DNA of 64,000 bases, taken from Eledone cirrhosa. Its lineage: Eukaryota. The stretch's first letter is position 1. Every line of letters begins with the position of its first letter. Location: the NCBI GenBank assembly GCA_964016885.1, contig OZ024749.1, positions 47,306,001 to 47,370,000 of the forward strand, read 5' to 3'. Position numbers and translations under genes: made by a program. The notes under the pieces are model-generated. The model made no database searches. It saw only the letters and a program-made list of their open reading frames with translations, and had not been told where the DNA came from. Positions 15,905 through 31,040 of this stretch are shown here, piece by piece.

Positions 15905-15906
15905 AA
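15874..15906 (+). repeat. (GAT)n 3' tail of the LINE
   Basis: Direct reading; short tandem-repeat tails are typical of the RTE clade. Confidence 0.92.
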
Positions 15907-16069
15907 TGTGATAAGCTAAATGTGTATCGGGTAAATATTGTCATTTACTTCTTACAAGTGTATAAATAACAGTCCACCTTGTCAATGCCGAACGTACGAA
16001 ATCGTGGGTTATCATCCCCATTTGGAGCATAGGATTTTAAACATATTACAGGGTAATACATGTCATCGT

Positions 16070-16515
16070 TTATATCACACTAGTAAAGATAGAATACATT
16101 AACCAATACACAGTCACCCAATCACGAACACACATCAAGCAAAACACTACACACAGATGCAAACGCATCCGCAAAGGAGACAAAATAAAATAAACAAATA
16201 AATGAATATATAAACAGACTAAACAAAGATGGCGTAGAAAATACAACGCAACGGGAGGAAACAATAGCACCACTTACGATGTTGCAGACGTGCAACGAAA
16301 TAACTTTGATAAACTATATAGTTGTGGTTGTGTCTATATCGTATATGTATTATTTTTGACCGTTGGTCAGTCAATGGCAACATTGAGGACCGAATAAATT
16401 AGATTACCGATATAAAAGACACTGAAGCGAAAATCGAAACCCAACCAAACAGTGAGCGTGTTCTGTTATTAATTCTGGCAATATTACACAAATATGACCC
16501 TCCCGAAGTATAACA

Positions 16516-16517
<2 letters not shown>
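16070..16517 (+). mobile_element. Family F-related element, single arm, HHR-like motif at 16270-16310
   Basis: Shares aagatggcgtag, the HHR layout, gttgtgg and the terminal atgaccctccc(g/a)aagtataacaata with the 35.3-35.7 kb element. 5' boundary uncertain. Confidence 0.62.
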
Positions 16518-16546
<29 letters not shown>

Positions 16547-16547
<1 letters not shown>

Positions 16548-16696
16548 TTATTAAAATAACAGATTACAGTTTAAGCAAAGAATCGCTGCTTTCACCCATA
16601 ACGGGATCTTCTGAAACTCTACGGTTTTTATATATTTGATATATATTTATCCCTATCGAGCCCTTTTGGGATTTTAGTCTTCAAATTTATTATTAT

Positions 16697-16700
<4 letters not shown>
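16547..16700. mobile_element. Family D element (inverted arm joined directly to tail) within (TA)n
   Basis: Homologous to 42728-43121 and 45783-45945. Confidence 0.8.
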
Positions 16701-16762
<62 letters not shown>

Positions 16763-18484
16763 TTGTGTGTGTGCATTTACATGCATTGTTTTTTATCTTT
16801 TATCTGCGTGTATCCGTCTTGATATTTAATCCTATAACGTGTGTCCATCTTCAATAGGTATACGTCGGTGAGAATATAAATATTTCACATAACTGTATGC
16901 CATTTCTTTCAAAGCTAATATGTTATAAAATGAAAATCCCGATAGTCTCGACGTCAACATTGCTTTATAACAGTCAGTAAAATCACATAACCGACACCTA
17001 TATTTTGAATGGACTGCAATATAATAAACACAATTATGATCTCTTGTGGTAATCCTTTGATATACTCGTCATTTATTCGACGCAAATTCATATCTAGGAA
17101 TGACATGGGAATAAATGGATATATTGAGAAACGTCTGGATCATTTTCTATATATCCGTTCAGTATATTGATCGGGAAATCATAGATATTTGATGTTATGT
17201 GAAGCGGGAGACGCCACTTATTAACATCATAAACAGTGTTATAAATTATGCGGGGATAGTATGTCAAGTTATTACGGGTGCTATATAGAAGAATGTGATT
17301 CTAGATGCTGGCATTGTATCTCTATATCTATAGACTTATTCTGCTTTATAAATATAACACCATATCCATATGTTTTATATGTTACTATCTACATACGGAA
17401 TTGATATGCAATACGTTCAGCCATATAACAAATGATATCTACAGAATAACCATTGCAAAGCTTCCACACATTAGAATATTTCTAATTATATTTTATGGAA
17501 ATTGCGGTGTATTGAACTCGTATCGAGTACTATCAAACACGTGCTGTGTAATTGTTTCACTACAACCAATTATATCACAATCCAGTTTCATTTTTTTTTT
17601 TTATTGGGTTATATATCATGCGTCAGCTAAACGGTGGTACATAATTCTATGTAAATGTTTGGAAACATAGTCTAACGATTTGAAAAGGATCGAATTATGT
17701 TTGTCACCACAGAATTATGTTCAGCGTTATTAGTATATGTGGATAGAGTGCTTGGTGGATGTGTACGGTGTGGTCAATAATTAAATTGCGTTTGTATTAT
17801 AGAGATGGGGGAATAGCTAAGAAGTGTTAGTCGATGTTATTAGTCGATGTAAAGTTACCTATGGATGTCCCGTAGTGAGAATACCATAGGCCTTTAGATG
17901 GGGAGTAGTCAAGTGTAGTACGGTGGACGGAGTGCTTGTAAGGGCAATTGGGCTGGGGTCACAGGAATGGCATGCGTTCGGTTGATCTTCATACTTCGAG
18001 CATAGCGCCACCACTAGCTTTCCTTTCTTTTCTGAGTTGTTGGGCTTAATTACTTCAATAACTCTTTGTGGGTGTGCCTCATTCCCGCGTCCGTTCAACG
18101 ACGATTTCTATACGCAGTGCTTGTCATAGATACCCATCTTTTACCGTCTATTTAATTTATTTAAACATATCTTATATATGGTATTACATATCTCGATATA
18201 AAATGAATTTTATAAATATTATTTTGAGGTGAAATCATATGTGAAAATATGTGACCTAGCTGCTTTGCTCTTACACAGTGGCACCTAGATCAATCCGTCG
18301 AAGAGAATCCTGATTTGGAATGCGCACATCACCACGGTTCACAATTCATTCATCCGAAGGAAGAGTATTCATTGGTTTGCCGAGCGAAAATGAGACGAAA
18401 AAAAAAATAATACATATGTATATACTTCTCTTATCACTTCACTTTCAATAGATGTTATTTATTTTGCCACAGTTAACCTGAATT

Positions 18485-18541
<57 letters not shown>

Positions 18542-19503
18542 CACCGATAGCAATGGATAATAGAGGTTTCTTTATGTAAAGGATGGTAAGTTCATCCCGG
18601 CTACTTATATTTATATTTGTTTGAGTGGCGGTGATATGTCTTCCTTTAAATTAACTATTTCGGAATATAAATGTTGTCCATTTAATTATTAGTGAAATAT
18701 AGTTGTATTCTTAACTTTCGATGTTGCCATGTTCGATACATTCCTGTGTAATTTGTTCTGGCTTTTACTGATATTTGTAACATTCACTTCTCTGAGATAA
18801 TTGGGTCTATATTTCAAAATTATCTGAATTAATGTTTCGAAAACAACATTATCTATGTTACAATGGCCAGGTCACTTACTAGAACATATTTGAGATTTAA
18901 TATCTTCACCGAATTCACATTGGTTTTCGTACACAATCCTAATCTGTGTTCACTATTATCAGGATATCTGACTCAATTATTTCGTACGAATATAGAAGCA
19001 GACGTAGTTGTTCAATTACACTGCCATGTAATACAACTGTCGAGACCAGTATCTTCCACTGCATAATATGATACATGGGAAATTATGCATCATGTAATAA
19101 AATGTACTAACACATCACACGCAAACAGATGCACACAAAGACACATGCATATCATACATACTCACATACATGCATATGGTATGTGTGCGTGAGAGAGAGG
19201 GTGAAGTACGTAAGCTATAACTATTGACAATGCCATGATCCCGTAAGATGATAATTATATTTTACTGACTTTTCAGAAGACAATATATAATATATATGTG
19301 ACACCTTATTCGAATGAGTTATTGATTCTGCAAGTATATTTCGTTGCATACATTCATTGTTATCATAGTTACACATATTTTCTATCTCTAATTCAGTGTC
19401 GATTTAATAGTTTAAAATATTATCGAGTAAATATTTTGTTTACATCTATTATACAACCTATTGACCAATATCCATTGTATATTAATATAATAGATAATGC
19501 ATA

Positions 19504-19725
19504 CACTGCCTGGGGAAGAAGCTCCAGCTCATTACGTGTGACGTCGTTGAACCAGCACAGATTAAGAAAAATCTTCCTAGTTGATTTAAAACTTAGTACT
19601 ATCCATGTTCCTCTTTAATAAACGTGCAGACGCGTGATTCAGCCGGGACCTTTGAGTGACAAGCATGTGGGCCACCATTTCCTCGTAGTAATGATATAGG
19701 GGTGTGCTGGAGAGACGGAGGCAGT
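19504..19725 (-). mobile_element. Possible degenerate interspersed repeat with tRNA-like segment and short inverted ends
   Basis: Ends actgcct / aggcagt; internal tgattcagccggga resembles a reversed SINE head. Single copy in the window. Confidence 0.3.
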
Positions 19726-22068
19726 TATAGCGTGAGTTTCTTTTCTTGCGTCGAATATCTAGATAATTCTCTTAATGACTGATGAAGTAAATTGGTTGGA
19801 AATATTATCCACGCCTGGTCATTTACCATACAAATGTATTTGACTAACGTGAGAAAAAGCTTGGTCCGTTTCACCTAATATATCACCTACGTCCATTATA
19901 TTATAGATCGTAAAAAATAATGTTATCACTAACAAGATTCATGCCGGGGTTAACTATTGAAGTAAAACAGAAGCAAGGGGTTCTAGAAAATAGTGAAAAT
20001 GTTGCGGAAGTTCTTTCATCCCTCTGAACAATGATTTTAATTTCCATTCAGGTTAGCTTTGTCGTACACCGTTTCGATGCCAATTAATTATAATAGGAAT
20101 TCAGGTTGTGAATTGGCAAATGTAACGTAAAATATAGCACTCTTTTTTGTGGAAGAACAATTTAGACCATCACGCGTGTTTTAATGGCAAGTGTGTTGGC
20201 GTATGATCATAACGCCATGGGTTCTCTTCTTGAACTGGGTTGTTTTCTTTCTTGATGTTATTTAATGTTATGTTGGTCTAGTATAGACATCTGAAAATAA
20301 GTACCAGCAAGATCTAGTGGTTTAGCGCTACATTAGATCGGCGCTTAGTGGGAGATATTTTATTAGTTATCGCTTAATGTTACGGAAATACTTTTAGGCC
20401 ATATAAATCTGCCAGTAATTCCTTAATTCGATGGTATGAATCCCTGGATAATGTTATAGTCTAATAGTTATTTTAATCGAAATCTTTTTTCTCGTGAAAT
20501 ATAGATACAATATAGATACAACGCGAAAAACTTGTATACTCATATGGAAAATTGTGAATTCTTTCAAAATTAATGAACATCGCTTAAGTAAACTGAAATG
20601 AGGTAATGCACCTTTTTTAGATCTACACTTTGGAGTAAACGTATGAATGTCTATAACCCTCCATACGTAAACTGTATATAGACTGTATATTGAGCATTAA
20701 ATATTCGACAATTTTACACACACCCGCTTAGTGGTTATATATATATAATGTGTGTGTATGAGGTGTATGTTTCGAGTTAATTGTGTTCTGTATGAATGTA
20801 TATATATATACACACGATTTTATTTTAAATATATGTATGTATGTGTTTTTGTATGCATGTAATATCAAATACATGAATTAATTTATTTAGAATTGCAAGC
20901 TGTGTATAGAAAAAAGTGTGATTCCAATTTCCATGCATACATATCAAGTGCGTGGAAATGATTTTAATTCCTTATCGTGTTTTATTATCGAAAATAATTG
21001 AAATCAAATCATGATTCACGAAAAGTTAAAGCACGTGCACTCATTTGTATAAAGATTTTAATGAATTTGAATGGGTGCAAAATATATTTGCATGTATATA
21101 TACTATGATTAAATAATAGATTATTCTCAGTAGTCACTCGATATTTAAAAAAAATAAGTCTATTTGATATAATTAATTTGATAGGTAACATGACGCTGGA
21201 TACATTTTCTATATGTACTATGTTGAACTGTTCATACATGTATGTATGAATAGTTCAATATAGTGCATACATACATGTATAAAGGAATACTTTAATTGAT
21301 GCATAAGGTTGAACGGATGGAATTATGTATGTATGTCTGCTTGTATGTATGTTTATATGTCTCTATCTATCAATGTATAAGTATATGATGTTATGTATGT
21401 CTGTATTCATGTTTGTATGTGTACGTGGCATCCTGATTTTCTTTATGGGTAGTATTTGTTTCTGAATATATGTTTATATGACTGAATGTATCGAATATGT
21501 GTGTATATAAGGGAAATACAGAAATGCATATACATACATATATATACATGTATGTATATGTATTTATGGATATCTCTCTCTATATTCCGAGTATGTTAAA
21601 CAAGTTGTCAGTGTAAACACGCTCTCCGCTTCATTTGTGACTGAAAACCGATTTTTGACTAACGTATGCTATATTACATCTGGATTATCTTAAACGATTT
21701 CAAACGGTCCACGCAGAATTGTTTCATGGTATCAGATGTTTCATATATTGTTTTCAATAAACCTCATAACAATTTAGAATCTCGCATTTTAAGGATTGGA
21801 GGCAATATGTTTTTAAGTTCTAATTCATGTTACAAACAACGAAATCAATTTGATAGAAAATCTTCATTAAATAGATACTGTCAAAACGTAAAACATATAT
21901 CTTGAAACAAAATGCTATAGTCGACATATGGCCGTGTTGTTCGAAGGAAATTAAAGATCTGAAATGTGTGTAATCTGAGAGCGTTTACAGCATGGTTCGA
22001 AAAATATGTAAATATATATATGTATATATATGTATATATATATATATACATATACATATACATATTCA

Positions 22069-22112
<44 letters not shown>

Positions 22113-22113
<1 letters not shown>

Positions 22114-22300
22114 CGAGGGAAAAGTGGTAATGAACCAGGTGGACCATAACGCACCAAAGTACTCAATACTTAGGGTAGTAGAGTGGGTAATAGGAGTAAG
22201 TAAGATCCCGACGGCTGAGCTCAAGCCGTTTCGACGGCTAATTCTGTACAGAATTAGCCGTCGAAACGGCTTGAGCTCAGCCGTCGGGGTCTTACTTACT

Positions 22301-22305
<5 letters not shown>
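22113..22305 (-). mobile_element. Family E hairpin element (58-bp arms 22190-22305 plus ~77-nt tail)
   Basis: Near-perfect palindrome centred at 22247/22248; (TA)n on both sides; other copies at 30.9, 36.5 and 62.4 kb. Confidence 0.9.
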
Positions 22306-22334
<29 letters not shown>

Positions 22335-23545
22335 AGGTTTGCTTTCCGAAGATGTTAGTTTGTCTTGGTAACATTCACGTTAGAGTTTTAGATGATTGTG
22401 GAGGAGGGTGCTTCTAGTTAATTCAGTAAATTATATGTTTGCTTTTAATGAACGGCTTTCTGTTGAATAAGAGCGAAGATGATGGAAACATAAAACTAGA
22501 ATTACAAGTGCCACCACAGTCAGCTAAAAGGTGAAGTTATATTCAATATAATTAAAGGAAACATTAACAATAAGAAACACGCATCTCGTATAAAATACAT
22601 GACAGGAAGTTGAAATAAAGGCATAAGCCATTCTTCATTCATGCAAAATAAGATCTACAACAAAATACAATCATACGATTCAAAACAATATTTTTACAAA
22701 TATGAAAACAATGTGTAAACGTATAAATATCGAAGAAAATTGATGTAGGGAAAGTCACTACACAACCAGCAGTGAGATCAACTAGAACGGCAATAAATAC
22801 AAAAACAATAAAGCAAAACTTCAACCACGGCAACATAATTTGAACGACTGATGGGAGAAGAGCAATATTTCATGTAAACAATAAATGCTTTCTATTCGAC
22901 ATCATACTGTTAAGGAAGATTAGAAAATGCAGGAGTTAGAAATAAATTAAAATAAAAGAGATTGATGATCACGGAAATAAAAAAAATGTTTTTACGTAAT
23001 ATGTGTCTTTAAAGCTTCAAGGAATTAATTAACTCTTACTGTATAGTAACCAAGCAAAAATGTTTTTCTATTAACGTTTCAAAGAATATGAAATTAATTG
23101 CATGCAATTCTCCAAAGATTAATCTGAAGTATTTGCAGTTTAATAAAAGTTATTTGAAAATGTATTCAAATTGATGCCGCTTGGTTAATCAGCCGGCGTT
23201 TTAATCATACAGCGTTATTTTATAATTACATATAATTGTTTGACATAAGAAAACGTTAGCAAACATCTGAGAGAAAATCCGATATTTTCTAATTCATTGT
23301 ATTCCCAGAAATATAAAACGCTCTCTTTACTGTACTGTTCTTCAATAGGTATGTCTGAAACATCATTCTGTCGGTTTTACAGAAGGACAGTGAAAGACAG
23401 TTGTTATAAAAATAGAGCTAAAAAGTAAATTATGATCGAATGCACGTGGTCCAGAAATTGTTACATATTCATCATAACAACAAACATTTTGAATCCTAAA
23501 TTAAATGTCGAGAAAATTCTATTTTCTCCATTTTATGATTTAGAC

Positions 23546-23869
23546 CACAGGTTCACAAAGTGGGCGCTACCGCACCTAGGGGAGGTTGAGTTGGTCCTGG
23601 GGGAGCTGGTGTCTAAGGGGTGTGTAAAGATGATATAATTAAATATATATTATATAAAATAACAAAAGACACATGGTATATATAATTAATTATACATAGT
23701 ATATATATATATATATATAATATATTATATATAAATTAACGACTTTGTTTGTTATATAGTATTTACAACTTGCGTGTAGGCAAGTCTTTCTTGAAAAGTG
23801 ATTGGAGGGTCCTGAGAGTTGTATGAGGGCGTCAGGAGGGTGGTGACTGCAAAAGTTTGAGAACCTCTG
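23546..23869. mobile_element. hAT (Charlie-like) MITE
   Basis: Imperfect TIRs cacaggttcacaaagt / agtttgagaacctctg; 8-bp flanks atttagac / aattaaac (6 of 8 match) resemble the Charlie NTCTAGAN target. Confidence 0.7.
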
Positions 23870-26389
23870 AATTAAACACAATTTAAATTATTTATATTCA
23901 TATTTTTAGATTAGGTAAAGGGAATGTTGGAATACAGTTGATATATGGTCATCCAAGTAACCTTCATTGTCTATTTGTTTCTAGGTACGAGAACTATATT
24001 GAACTTCATTTTTCGATTCTGCAGTTGAAATAAGATAATTTCACGTCTCGGTAAGCATTCAACAAATGCCAATATTGGATATGATTTTTGATATTTTTTT
24101 TAAATAAATTTATTATTAATTACGTGAAAAATACATCGTTGTAGGATAACCTCTCTTCGCTAAACGTAAATAAGTACCTACATAAACATTTAAATATTGG
24201 ATGATTTATACTGTGAATTTTAGTTAGATATATTCATATTAGTATATAGTAGATATCTACATATGTCCGTGTCTGCAAAAATATATATGTGTGTGTTTTT
24301 TTCTGAATATATCCAATATTTCTAATATCAATTAGCCGATATTTAAATATTTACGTGTGCACGTATCTATTTATTTCATATCTATATACATATTTATTGA
24401 TCGTTCAATATATTTCAAACCCACTGGTGCGGTTATCAATGTCAATTACTCGATACTTTAGTGATCAGAAGTAGGTATTGAAATTTGATGAGGCCTATCG
24501 ATCTTCTTATGGATATATTTGTTAGCAGAAATGAGTTGAAGAGAAGCAATGTTGCATGACATGTATACACAACAAAGTTAAATAGACAATATGCAGTATA
24601 TTAGGTCAATATATTTCTACGTTTTTTAACACATCTTTCTACACATATCTGTCTCTTTAATAGCCATGTATGTGTGTGATTTTATGTATGTGTTTGTGTA
24701 TATATTCCTGTGCTACACTGAATCTTTTCAGACCCTCTAAACTCACTTTCGAGCTGTACCAAGTTTGACATTGTTTGCCATACTCTTGAGTAAACGTCAA
24801 GTGCTGCATAGTGTATTACTTGCACATTTATATAATCAGCTGCAACACATTGTATACTTTGTTCAAATGTATATGTGTGAAATGAAATCAATCTTCAGTG
24901 AAGTTGGTAGAACTAATCTGCTGAACAATACATCACATCCTCGTAGGTGTTGTTATATATAGCGGCCTTCTTATGCCAAGCATTCGGAAGCAGTCTCTCG
25001 ATTGGTGATACCTTTCTTCTTCTCTATTCACAAACTATAAGGCTTTTATATTATAGGCTGCGATTGTTGATATAATCTTATTTAAAAAAGAACGATCGAT
25101 TTTTTATTAAGGTGTAATTGGCTAGGATATTTGATGAGTAGTATGTATGAAGAAACATTTACCAGATGGCATTTTAATTAGAATTTGCTGATTATAATCT
25201 GATGAAGCTTCATGTAGAATGATTGTTCGCTATATAACATATTGTAAACAGATAGCTGCTGCTCTCTTGATATTCTTTGAGGGGAATTTGTTCCATAATC
25301 CGGGCTGTATACACCAAAGGTGCATGTATAGTTCCTCTCCCTCCTATGGCATTTATGAAGAGTTGAATAGTCTGCAAATGGACTTTTCCCAATGAGAAAT
25401 CTCCTTGAAGGCGCAGGAAAAGTTTCTAATAAATTCTCGCATTTCTGCTTTTATCGTTCATCATTTGAAATCATTAAAAATATGCAACATATCCTTTTAT
25501 TTCCTCTGTCATCCCAGTACCATTAATAACATTATTTCCTCATTGTAATGAACCTATACATTACATTCCTAATAATGATTCCCGTAAACTACAATAAACA
25601 TTTTATATTATTGAGTATACCTTCTGCGAATATATTTTCATTCTAACATTTTATATAAAATTTCTACTTAGCTTCCGTTCTCTTTTTATCTAAATGTATT
25701 TCTTTATCTGTCTTACCTGAAAGTCCTCTCTCCTGTATATAAATATTTCGTCTAAGAAATACAAAATATTATTCTGAATAAAATTCTTCGCTATATAAAT
25801 ACATTCCCCATAGGTTTTATTCACAGATAGACTTCGATCATTTCTACTCACAACAGATCAATGGCGCTCATTTGGCTATAGCTCTTATTCCCATGTGTTG
25901 TTGTACGCAGCATTCCAATGCTCTTCTTTTGTCACTATAGATATACTTGCATAGTTTGTATTTATGTTTTCATGTATACGTTTCAGAAATAATCCAAAAT
26001 GCATAATGATTTTTTTCAAAAATGCACGTTGCTTTTCACCTTTAACATTACAACTTGTATACACCTCCCATATCAAGTTGCACTACAAAAACTAACCAAT
26101 AAATTGTATTGTCTCTAAAATGAATTTGTGTCATATATAAAATATATTCGAATGCTATTACTCTCTTCGAGGAGGAAACATATAACGTTGACAATTCATA
26201 CCATGCATACATTGTAGGCTTTATACGGATGTTTTAATATCATTTGAATAAATGGTTGTTGCATGAAGGCAATCCTAAATGTGATGTAGTATTTCGTTTT
26301 AATACGATATAATGTTTCAAAGGATTGTTTTTCGCTTCTCACTTACGTTTTTTTTAATGTACATACAAATACACATACACGCAACTGCA

Positions 26390-26975
<586 letters not shown>

Positions 26976-27126
26976 GTATTAATTATACTATTTATGGTTA
27001 TGTCTCTTGGGTGCAAAGGAGGTCATATAAGTGTTCATTCATTAATAAATTGCTCCGAAGATACCAAACCTCGGTTTGGAGGAAACAGTTGTAAGCATAA
27101 AACTGTTTTGAACAGTTCTTTGATTC

Positions 27127-27135
<9 letters not shown>
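26976..27135 (+). mobile_element. Family A element, single diverged arm, HHR-like motif at 27052-27096
   Basis: gct-CCGAAGA-taccaaac ctcg gtttggag-GAAA-cagttg-TA-agc; (TA)n on both sides. Confidence 0.78.
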
Positions 27136-27209
<74 letters not shown>

Positions 27210-29784
27210 GTGTGTGAGTATGTGTATGTGTGCGTGTGTGGATGTGTGTGTGTGCATTTATTTCCATATAAGCGCTTGTGTGTGCACTTTGTAGGAATAC
27301 CGAACAGTAGGAATTTATTGACTTATTTCAGATATTTAACAAGTTCACCCGATCACAGTGACTCCCTGTTTCATCATAGATTGCATTCTGATCTCAATGG
27401 GATTTTTTGAGAGGTTTACCATTTTCTTTATTTTACCATTTAGATTGACACTATTCAATCAAATACAACTACATTTTTCCAAAAGATATAATCGATATGG
27501 ATTAATATGAAATCAGATATCTATTCAACACACACATATTTTGTTGCATAAAAACTACAATATAAAAAGAAGTGTATTTATGTTGCCTTTAGAGTCAGCC
27601 AATGTGTGTGTGAGGTTGATGAAATCGGATGGATTCTATATTATTTTCAACTGCATGTATCCGTATGTTTTCTTTTACTTTTGTTATTTTTTTCGTCTTA
27701 TTGGGATGGTCTTAAGGGCAGCCTCTTCAGACAAGCCACACACATTCACATTAGAACGACCTAAAGATAGACACAAACAGCAATATAAGATAGCGTGATT
27801 TTCATTAGTGTTTTCATTTTCTATTGTATGTTTCTGTTCATCATTCCTCACATATCCATGTGCAAGTTGCATATAACTGGAACATCAATTCAATTCAGTC
27901 TCCTGCATTCATTCACTGGTGAAAATGACTTTGTGGTACTGCAACATCTACACACAATTCATTTTCTCCACTTAAATGCAACATGATAGTGCAAGCTTTC
28001 TTTTATGAATGGATTTGTCAGTCATTGCAGCACGGAATTTTCTTCCTACATTAAATTGCCAGCTTCTTTACGTGAGTAGATAAAAGCTTTTTAAAATGGC
28101 AGTAATCGTACAAATCTATTTTAATGTGAGAATTACCACACTAATTCAGAATAACTAGTAAGAGGTGCTCATCGAATTGCATGCCTATGTAAACCTTTCC
28201 CATATGCATTGTAGTTACAATTGGCATACCTATGGTATGAGATGATGTTCAAGCTATTAACATCCCTTCTTGACACCCTGTATCACAGATGCTCATAATT
28301 CCTCTATTTCGTTTTCAGCTTCTTTTACTGATTGTATATATTAAATGTATATATTAAATGTATATATTAAAGCACCTTGCTATCAAAAACACATTGAAGC
28401 TGAAATGAACGTGATATAACTGACCATATAACCACTTCAACAACCCTCACGCAGGTTATCCTTATAATATAATATTTTTCAAGATTTACACGTATAAAAT
28501 ATTTATCTGTTGGCATTTACTTTGGAAAATATTCTGGTATCATTTGTTAACGATACTCTCGTATACTGAATAAATGTAAACCGATCCGATACGTAGATTT
28601 CAAATATATATATTAATTTCACGTAATTTGGCAAAATAGGCTTCCAAATTTGTAAATCCTGAAAATAATGTTTCGTTGCTTTTATAAAGAGTATATAATA
28701 TGTGTGCCATGAGATTATGCTTAATTATAAATTAAATAATGTGTGTGTTTATAAGCAATGTTTTCTTCTTCACGCCTATGATGATTAAAATGAAAGTTAA
28801 ATCCCCTGTTAAGATAACAGGTTAATAGTTTTGGTACATAGTTTAATATATATTTTACAGATTCAAACTTTGTCTACACGCACATATCCATTATGTATGT
28901 TAATACAACAGTTTGCTACTACGAATATCAATAGACATATATATAATTTGATGACATTGTGTAAACAACTTTTTGTATAGTTAATTAAATCACGCTTAAC
29001 ATTTAACATGGCAATGCTATAATTCTTCAAACGTGAACAATTGTTTCAGATATATTGTATTTTATATACCATTGTTTGTTCATCGTTCGCATATATTTTC
29101 CTGAGAAGGTTATGTGTAATCAATCATGAATACGATCTTCTGGATAAGTAGGAAAATATGAGTTTATTAATGATTGTTTAAATTCAATTCATCTCAGTTT
29201 AATTACAAAACGTCTGTTTGAAATCATTTCTTCCATGTAATTTAATGCTGTCGAATGACATTCAATTGTTCGATTGTCTGTATGACTTGATGCCTCCCGG
29301 CAAATATTATTTATGAGGAAGTGCAAATGTGTACAGAACGAAAACAACATAGAGATATGCTTACTATGCCGTATGTCTATATGTGTGAATGTGTGTATGT
29401 GTCCCAGCATTGCCTCAGCTATTTAGCAAGAAGTAGCAGAAGAGTAAACAGATGAAGTTGTGTGTTTGTGGGTAGTTATTATTCAAGAATATATTAATCC
29501 CTACAAGTAAACAATGCAACAAAATTAAAAACAGTCCGATAGATGGTTTCAACTTCAACTTTTGCGAATATTAGAACATCTTTAACTCCGAGGTTAATAT
29601 GTATAATATTATTATCTACGTTCAGTAAGTAGTTAAGGACTTCCAATATTCTTCTTGAGTTCGTCACACGTAACGACCAATATATGAATTTGCTCGAGAT
29701 ATTTGACTCCAGCGGTATTATCACTTGACAGCTATTAATATAATTTCAGTAACGTAAAAAGAAATACGGATGGAGACACACATA

Positions 29785-30511
<727 letters not shown>

Positions 30512-30522
30512 TTATATATATA

Positions 30523-30626
30523 TATTGTTTTACTCTGGGAGGGTCATGTTGCCAAAGTATAACAATATCGATTTCAACACACGATTTCAAATAAGGAATC
30601 TTGTTAAACAAATTCAGAAACGAAAT
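30523..30626 (+). mobile_element. Family F internally collapsed mini-element (both termini plus tail)
   Basis: Left terminus fused at ccaa to the right terminus and tail of the 35.3-35.8 kb element. Confidence 0.8.
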
Positions 30627-30643
30627 ATATATATTTATATATA

Positions 30644-30787
<144 letters not shown>

Positions 30788-30789
30788 TC

Positions 30790-31040
30790 TCCATCCGTAA
30801 CTCCTTTTACCTAACTGAAATCAAGCTGTCAAGTGCTAATAGCGCTGAAGTCAAATATCTCGATAAGGTATGTATCCGTCTTGAGCAAATTCATATATGA
30901 GTTCAGTAATAGCCGTTGAAACGGCTTGAGCTCTGCCGTCGGGGTCATACATATTCCTATTACCCACTCTACTAACCTAAGTATTGAGTACGCTGGTGCA
31001 TTATAGTCTATCTGGTTCCTTGCCACAACTCCTTGGTTAT
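30790..31040 (+). mobile_element. Family E diverged linear copy (no fold-back; extra upstream sequence)
   Basis: 30900-31040 aligns with the long arm plus tail of 36529-36666. Confidence 0.8.

Larger units (their letters stand above)
12004..15906 (+). mobile_element. RTE-clade non-LTR retrotransposon (LINE), near full length, inactivated
   Basis: Single broken ORF with AP endonuclease and RT, 3' end ...ccatgctatcgtggaagaacggacgtaaaacgg then (GAT)n. The 5' boundary is uncertain; a degenerate TSD may be tgaaaggctaaaatg (11989) / tgataagctaaatg (15909). Confidence 0.92.

Noticed and set aside
17859-18098. 79-aa minus-strand ORF in a GC-richer patch
   Set aside because: No recognisable domain, no ATG start and no convincing splice signals.
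18279-18410. Plus-strand acceptor-like site followed by a 43-codon open frame
   Set aside because: No homology recognised and no partner exons; chance occurrence is plausible.
25179-25450. ~88-codon start-less open frame on the minus strand
   Set aside because: No polypyrimidine tract at the putative acceptor and no recognisable protein similarity.
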